From Trichodelitschia bisporula (lineage: Eukaryota), in assembly GCA_010356995.1 (NCBI GenBank), contig ML996688.1, forward strand, positions 558,001 through 622,000: 64,000 nt of DNA, read 5' to 3'. The notes under the pieces are model-generated. The model saw nothing but the letters and a program-made list of their open reading frames with translations, searched no databases and was not told where the DNA came from. Numbering within the stretch: position 1 is the stretch's first letter; the number at the start of each line of letters is the position of its first letter. Below are positions 58,176-64,000 of this stretch, piece by piece. Both the position numbers and the translations under genes were made by a program.

Positions 58176-60513
58176 ATCAAGCTCGCCGCCCCAAAGAATG
58201 CATTGCAATGCAGCAGCTCGACGGACTGAAGGTAACATGTCACAGCGGCAGGCAAAACCCTGCAAGGGCACCTCTTCGGCGAACTTGACATGCGTTATCA
58301 GCCTTTCTGCAGGCCGGACAGACGTTGGGAGATAATCTGCTCGGACCGGACATCCGCCGCTTTGATACTGAAGAAGTGGCTTTCTGCGTCCGGCCAAAGG
58401 CTGCAAATTTTCAACGCGGAGGTTCTCAGACAAGGTTACATTCTCGCAGGAAGCTGCATCGGGTTCCTTTAGAGCGGTACTCTATGTAGGCACGCGTGGT
58501 GAATGCCCTCCCTGGTGGTCTCCGACGAGACTAGGCATCGGGCCGTCACCCTAACCTACACAGTATGTAGCTAGGCCTCAGGGAAGCACCATAGTAAACT
58601 CCCTTTGGGATAATTGATGTTAACAGATATATGAGCCTGGTGAGCAGATTGGAAATCGGCTCGAAAGATTTTAACCATGTGGCCCCAGATCAGGCGGTCC
58701 TCAGGACTGCCTTCTGCAGGAAACGTACAGGTTGAATATGTATGTACGTGCGTAGTGCGTCCATAGCCTGTAAAGGCTACATAAAATTTGCGCTTACTTT
58801 TTCCAATCATTTTAGCTAAGGTTTCAAGTCGAAGTTCACGGGGGAGGAGAAGGGGGACGACGATGCGGGGAGGGGGCGGTGCCGATCCTCTCGTTATTAG
58901 TGGAGAGTGGAGATGGGGGCTTTTGATAGCTGCTAATTCGTCTTGAACCTCCAATTCTCTCAAATGAAGCTTTGATAGCGGGCTTCCCCACCTGGCAATT
59001 AAGTGACGAACGCCCGCCATTTGTTTCATCCACTACGGATGTACATGACAGCCTCACAGCCTCGCGGCCAGAGAAGCATGAGTATACGGTACCCGTCCGC
59101 CCCCGCCTCGCCTCTTTCCCCCTCCCTTCCTTCTCCCTTTCCTATGAAGACACAGGCATAGGATTGGGGGGAGCCGTATGGGCAATGCAATTAATGCCAC
59201 AGCTGAGACCGAGTGAGACGCACCGCCTCCCGAGCGCCCCCCCCCCGAACGGCCGGACACCGACAATTCGCGGCATGGCGGGCCAAAAATCCACGCTTGG
59301 CCCCGTCACCCGCACTGGCGCCTGGCAAGGTGGGCCAGAAGATGCTCGGCTGCCCAGTGGGCGAGCTCGGAGGGCTCGTGGGCTTGCCTCCGCCCGCAGC
59401 GCCGCTTTGCAGTTTGCAGTCCAAGAAATTTCCCCCATCCCTCGAGGTTTTTTTTTGTGTGTGCCTTGCTCATCTCGTCTTCTTCGGGGGGGCTTCGAAG
59501 GGAAACAAAAAAAGACGATGCCGTTTAGAACTATCCTTCTTTAAGTGCTGCTATACGGGCTTGGAGCAACAACCCCTTCAACAAATCCGAATACTCGGTC
59601 AGCTTCATCGCTTATTACTGGCCCTTTCTTCTCTCCCTCTCTTATTGTAGAACCCCATCATCATATCTCACATCTCCACCCTCTCCAAATCTCGGTTGCC
59701 TCTCTGCGAACACCTTGGAACGAACTTGTCTCGAGGAGTCTTTGACCCTCATCTCTTCCCTCCCTTCCTCCCTCTCTCTCTCTTTCTCTCTCTCTCTCTC
59801 GGCCTGCCTCTCTCGCACCGCGCGTACACGCTTTTGCCCCCCTGCACAATCGAGCGGGAGGGGAACAACCCGCAGTCTTAAAATCGCATCCCATTCCCAT
59901 CCTGTCGCATCTCGGGTTGCGCTCCACTAGGAGGCCGCAGTTCCTAGCTCAAGTAGCAGCATCCTTTATTTGGCCGGAGCCGTCGAAAGCCTCTCCCTTT
60001 TCCTCGGCCTACCATCCGTCCACTCATGTTGAACGGTTGATGTACAGTTACCAGCTGCACCTCCTCCCATCTGACGCCCTCAATACCCTTATTGAACTGT
60101 CCCCCCCCTCTCAAGTGCGCCGCGTCCACACACACACACACCCCCGCTCGCTCGTCGTCCCAGCACCGCAGTCCTTGGCGCAGCGTGACACGCATACTTC
60201 CCAGCTTGACTTTGAACGCTGGTTCCCTCACAACCTGCCATCTGCTCAACCTCCTTCTTTTGTCTGATTTCCACTCGCAATATCCCCTCCTTTCTCCCCC
60301 CCCCCACACACCACCCATCTTTCTCCTCCTACCATCACGCCTTCATCTTAGTGTTTCTCACCACACATCCTCTGCATATCTTTGCGAATGCCGACCGCGG
60401 CTTCGCGTCCCTAAGCACGCCAGCGACGCCAACGGCTGAAGGAGGAGAAAAAAAAAGACGCACAAAACAAACACCTGCCCCGACGGCAAGCGTATTCATT
60501 TGTCCTTTGAAGG

Positions 60514-62403
60514 ATGAACAGTCATAGCGATATGTATTACGAGAATCCCTCGCAGCGCTCTCCTGGATCGCATCGCCATCCATCTCAAGTGCTGCATCGT
60601 CAGCCGTCGCGCCAGTTCGACACGTATGGCGGCTTGGGTTCCGTACTCTACGCCCCAGATGACCACGCTTCACAGCAAAGTTACGGCCCGCGCTACCCGG
60701 ATAGAGTCGGCGCCGCGACGTTGAATTCCGGTTATTCAGCTTATGATCCGTGGAACTCGTATGGAACTGCTCATGGGAATTCACTTGCAGGCATCGGTGC
60801 AACTACCCGTGTCAAGTCGCTCTCCACAAGGGGACGAGCAGGCCTACCTTCGGTGCGCCCACTTCATCTCGTTTTCATGTCTTCTTGTACTGACTCCATC
60901 TTCTAGAGCTGGATGGAAGCCAATCCTCTGTCCTCCATGGGACCGATTCCTGGCTTTGGAGGCAACTCTATGGGCCACGCAGCCATGCGTGGCGACCAGA
61001 TGGGATCTGATGGCGACGAAGAGCTCATACCTACTGCGATCGTCATAAAAAATATCCCGTTTGCGGTAAAGAAGGAGCAGCTGGTACAACTGATGACTGA
61101 AATGGGCCTCCCGCTGCCGTACGCCTTCAACTACCACTTCGACAATGGCATATTCAGAGGATTGGCATTTGCCAACTTTACAACGGCAGAGGAGACGGCT
61201 GTCGTCATCAACGCTCTCAACCATTACGAGCTGTTGGGTAGGAAACTACGTGTTGAGTATAAGAAGATGCTACCTCAGGCGGAAAGAGACCGCATTGAAC
61301 GCGAGAAAAGAGAGCGCAGAGGCCAACTGGAAGAGCAGCACCAACCGAGCACTCAGATTCAGAAGCATCCTTCCATTGGCCAACTGTCCAACTTTCCTCC
61401 GCCCTCTCCGTCGCCATTGTCATCAAGGAATGCAAAACTGGGTAGGTTTTCTGACGACAGATGGCGTGGTAAGCTGACGGGTGACCTAGAAGTCGACCTC
61501 AACGACCCGCAGGTACTGATGTTCTACAATCAACTTCTTCTCTTCAAAGAAGACGCAGCACGTGATACCATGACCCTGCCCTCGACATTGTCGCCTGCAG
61601 AGCGGCGTATCGTTCACACCTTGGCGCATTACATGTGTCTAGCCCATGTCTCAAAGGGCACAGGTGACCAACGAGCGGTGCACATTTTCCGTGTCCATGA
61701 CGGCCCCAACAACATGAGCCCTCCCGTTCCGCAGATGCCGACGAGTCATCCTTCGGACACCCACCGGCGCGCTTTGAACCGTGCAGCCACGACCGATTTC
61801 AGCGACTTCAGAGGCGAAGGATTTTACGGCACGCTCGGCCGACAGCCATCAGGCTTGCTTGGCTTCCCTGATTCGCCGGGTGGCCTAACCTCGGCGCACA
61901 ATCTCCGTGCCGCAAAGTCGTACGCCGACCTGAGATCGTACACTCCCTCGCCTGTTCCATCAACCGCAAGCTTCCCCGCGACCTTGAGCACCAATTTTGC
62001 GCGGTTTGCCGATTATGGTCACGGGACCACTGGATCGTCCAATCCGAATTTGACCTCGACCACGTCCTCCATGGCTGGTCGGGAAGAGAGCCTGCTCGTT
62101 AATGGTCTTGGAAACATGAGCATAGGCGGCGGCTTTGGTCAAGGCGGCAGTCCACGAAGCTTGCGTAGCGCCTGGGAGCGTGAAACTCCTGGCCCCATCG
62201 GCGGCCATCGCTCCTTCAGCACTGCGACCTACGACGAGCAAAATCGGGAGCGGGGTCAGGGCCTTCCTTCCCGCCAGCCGCGCGGCCCTATTCCGGAACG
62301 GGGAACCGGTTTCACGAGCCGTGCGAGGCAGAATGGCGGCCACAGCGGTCGCGGAAGCGACGAAATCTCATCTCAATCAGGAGTCGAAATCTGTGTCGAG
62401 TAG
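60514..62403 (+). CDS. PIN4: RRM + R3H RNA-binding protein (Pin4/Cip1/Cip2-like); exons 60514-60852, 60907-61441, 61490-62403
   Basis: IPTAIVIKNIPFAVKKEQL, PYAFNYHFDNGIFRGLAFANF, GRKLRVEYKKMLP, R3H ERRIVHTLAH. Confidence 0.92.
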
Positions 62404-63714
62404 AACTAGCCACCACCCCACCTTGGAGAGGGCTGGCAGGAAACGAATACACGAGCGGTCCGTTCGGACATCGGATGCCCCTCATGACGAATACGAAGAA
62501 TGATGCCACGACAGTAGAGGTTCTGCGTGGGTGAGCGCTCGCGCTCGCCCCCCCACCATCGCATATCTGATCTGGGTATATCACACAAAAGCATTTGACG
62601 GGGAATGGGATAGCGTTGGTGGTTTTATCTCTTTGTTAATGACTTGCATTGTATTACTGGAACTTTGTTTTCTCATTTAAGCTTCGAAGCTGGCTTTTCG
62701 AGTACCCTTTGTTCTTTGCTCAGCTTCTCGGCCAACCATGACCAGCATACCTGCGACATCAACTTTATGACCCCACGATGAGATGCCTGCACGAAGGAGC
62801 GATATCGATATGAATCAGCTACGCTTCACGAAGACGACCAGTGGGCAACCACACCCTCAACCCAACACCTACGCCCGTCACGAATCGAGTCCGCCGACAA
62901 CTTTTGTGTCATTGCTCATACAGGCATCACTTGTTCATCACATGGTCAAACTCTCACCTGGACGGAGTTTGGCTTTCCTCTGCTTAGGCTGGCGTCCCTG
63001 TTTTGCATGAGGTATTATCATTGTATCCTCTTCACTCTCCATTCATTTCGCAGCCAGTACGCTCCTCATGTTCCGAGCAGCCCTATGTTTGGATTTGGGA
63101 AGGTTTGTTGACGGAGGAGAAACGGGGCTATTTCTATTCGATTATGATTTGGATGCACCTACGCATCAAACCAGTTGTAATTCCACCCTTCTGACCTCCA
63201 GGGATGTGCGATTTTGCGCTCGGTCTGTTCGTTATCAATTCGCAGCGATCGTTGTTAGCTAGTAGGAGATTATAATACTCATTGCCGTCGGTTTCGCGGG
63301 TGCATGTTCTCCACCTGGACGTGAAGCACGGGGGTTTGACTTGGTTGCGCGCATTCAAAGGGATATTTGTTTGATACAACATCCCATAACCGTGATCCGC
63401 CCCCACCCCGAGTCCACCCGAAAACACCGAATCCCCGAAATGGCAAACGCAAAACATCAGAGTAAACCATGGACCATCGCGAGCACTTGCCTATCCATCC
63501 TCAGCACGTTTCTCGAGAAAGAAAAACCCAACCCCGCAAAGCGTCCAACCCTGTCCACTATGCCCCCCCCCCCCCCCAGATAAACCCCGTGAACATGAAC
63601 CTCGAACACGTAACACAACATCGCAACGCACATAGCCGAGCCCGAGCAACAAAACCTCTGCAGTCACAGGGATTCCAATATTTAACAGAGAACCGTGGCA
63701 GGCCTCCCTGTCGC

Positions 63715-64000
63715 TCAAGTCTCCAGCGTCTTCTTGCCCTTCTTTTCGACCTTGAGCAGCAGCGCGCGGTTGATGTGGGGCAGGACACCACCGAAGGCGA
63801 TGGTTGCACGGATGAGCGTGTCCAGTTCCTCATCGCCGCGAATGGCGAGCTGCAGGTGGCGGGGAGTGATGCGCTTGACCTTCAAATCCTTGGCTGCGTT
63901 GCCGGCCAGCTCGAGAACTTCTGCGGTGAGGTATTCGAGGACGGCGGTGAGGTAGATGGCTGCCTTGGCCCCAATGCGAGTCTTCTGACGCGTTATGTTG
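63715..64000 (-). CDS. HTZ1: Histone H2A.Z, 3' part (5' end outside the window; absent from the ORF track)
   Basis: [87 protein letters not shown]. Confidence 0.96.
   Translation of the reverse strand, partial: NITRQKTRIGAKAAIYLTAVLEYLTAEVLELAGNAAKDLKVKRITPRHLQLAIRGDEELDTLIRATIAFGGVLPHINRALLLKVEKKGKKTLET

Noticed and set aside
57351..58556. Telomere-like ACCCTAACC flanking the PIG-S fragment (57352, 58548)
   Set aside because: Only about 1.5 units each; similar single units occur elsewhere and are compatible with chance or ordinary promoter motifs
41283..61489. Stop-free 3n introns (SDR, striatin x2, PIN4) and several AAG acceptors
   Set aside because: Expected at moderate frequency for short GC-rich fungal introns; they mainly explain ORF-track read-through
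1..64000. tRNA, rRNA or C/D snoRNA genes
   Set aside because: GTTCGA and TGATGA hits lack cloverleaf or properly spaced box structure on visual inspection; a tRNAscan-SE/Infernal run would be needed to exclude them

Overview
Eukaryotic DNA from a filamentous ascomycete (Pezizomycotina; short 43-71 nt introns with CTRAY branch points; a Chaetothyriales/Eurotiomycetes-type fungus is my inference). It holds about 16 spliced protein-coding genes: a C2H2 transcription factor, an Hsl1/Gin4-family kinase, UBC13, MTC5/WDR59, TYW3, an McrA-like Zn2Cys6 factor, an RGS-plus-transmembrane protein, an SDR, a carboxymuconolactone-decarboxylase/AhpD protein, an acyl-CoA dehydrogenase, SLX4, striatin, UFD1, LIN1, a PIN4/Cip2-like RRM-R3H protein and the 3' part of H2A.Z. 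Three areas stand out. (1) At 40980-44870, a three-gene module whose spliced products end in peroxisomal-type tripeptides (GKL, AKL, SKL) and whose promoters carry CCTCGG (FarA/FarB-type) motifs. (2) At about 27400-38400, a gene-free AT-richer block with five copies of a ~215 bp fold-back MITE and a 5'-truncated LINE. (3) At about 55100-58800, an island of gene fragments: a mitochondrial AspRS-like piece, an intron-retaining RIP-mutated PIG-S copy and a decayed orphan gene. No tRNA, rRNA or CRISPR was found. All homology calls come from motif recognition, not database searches.
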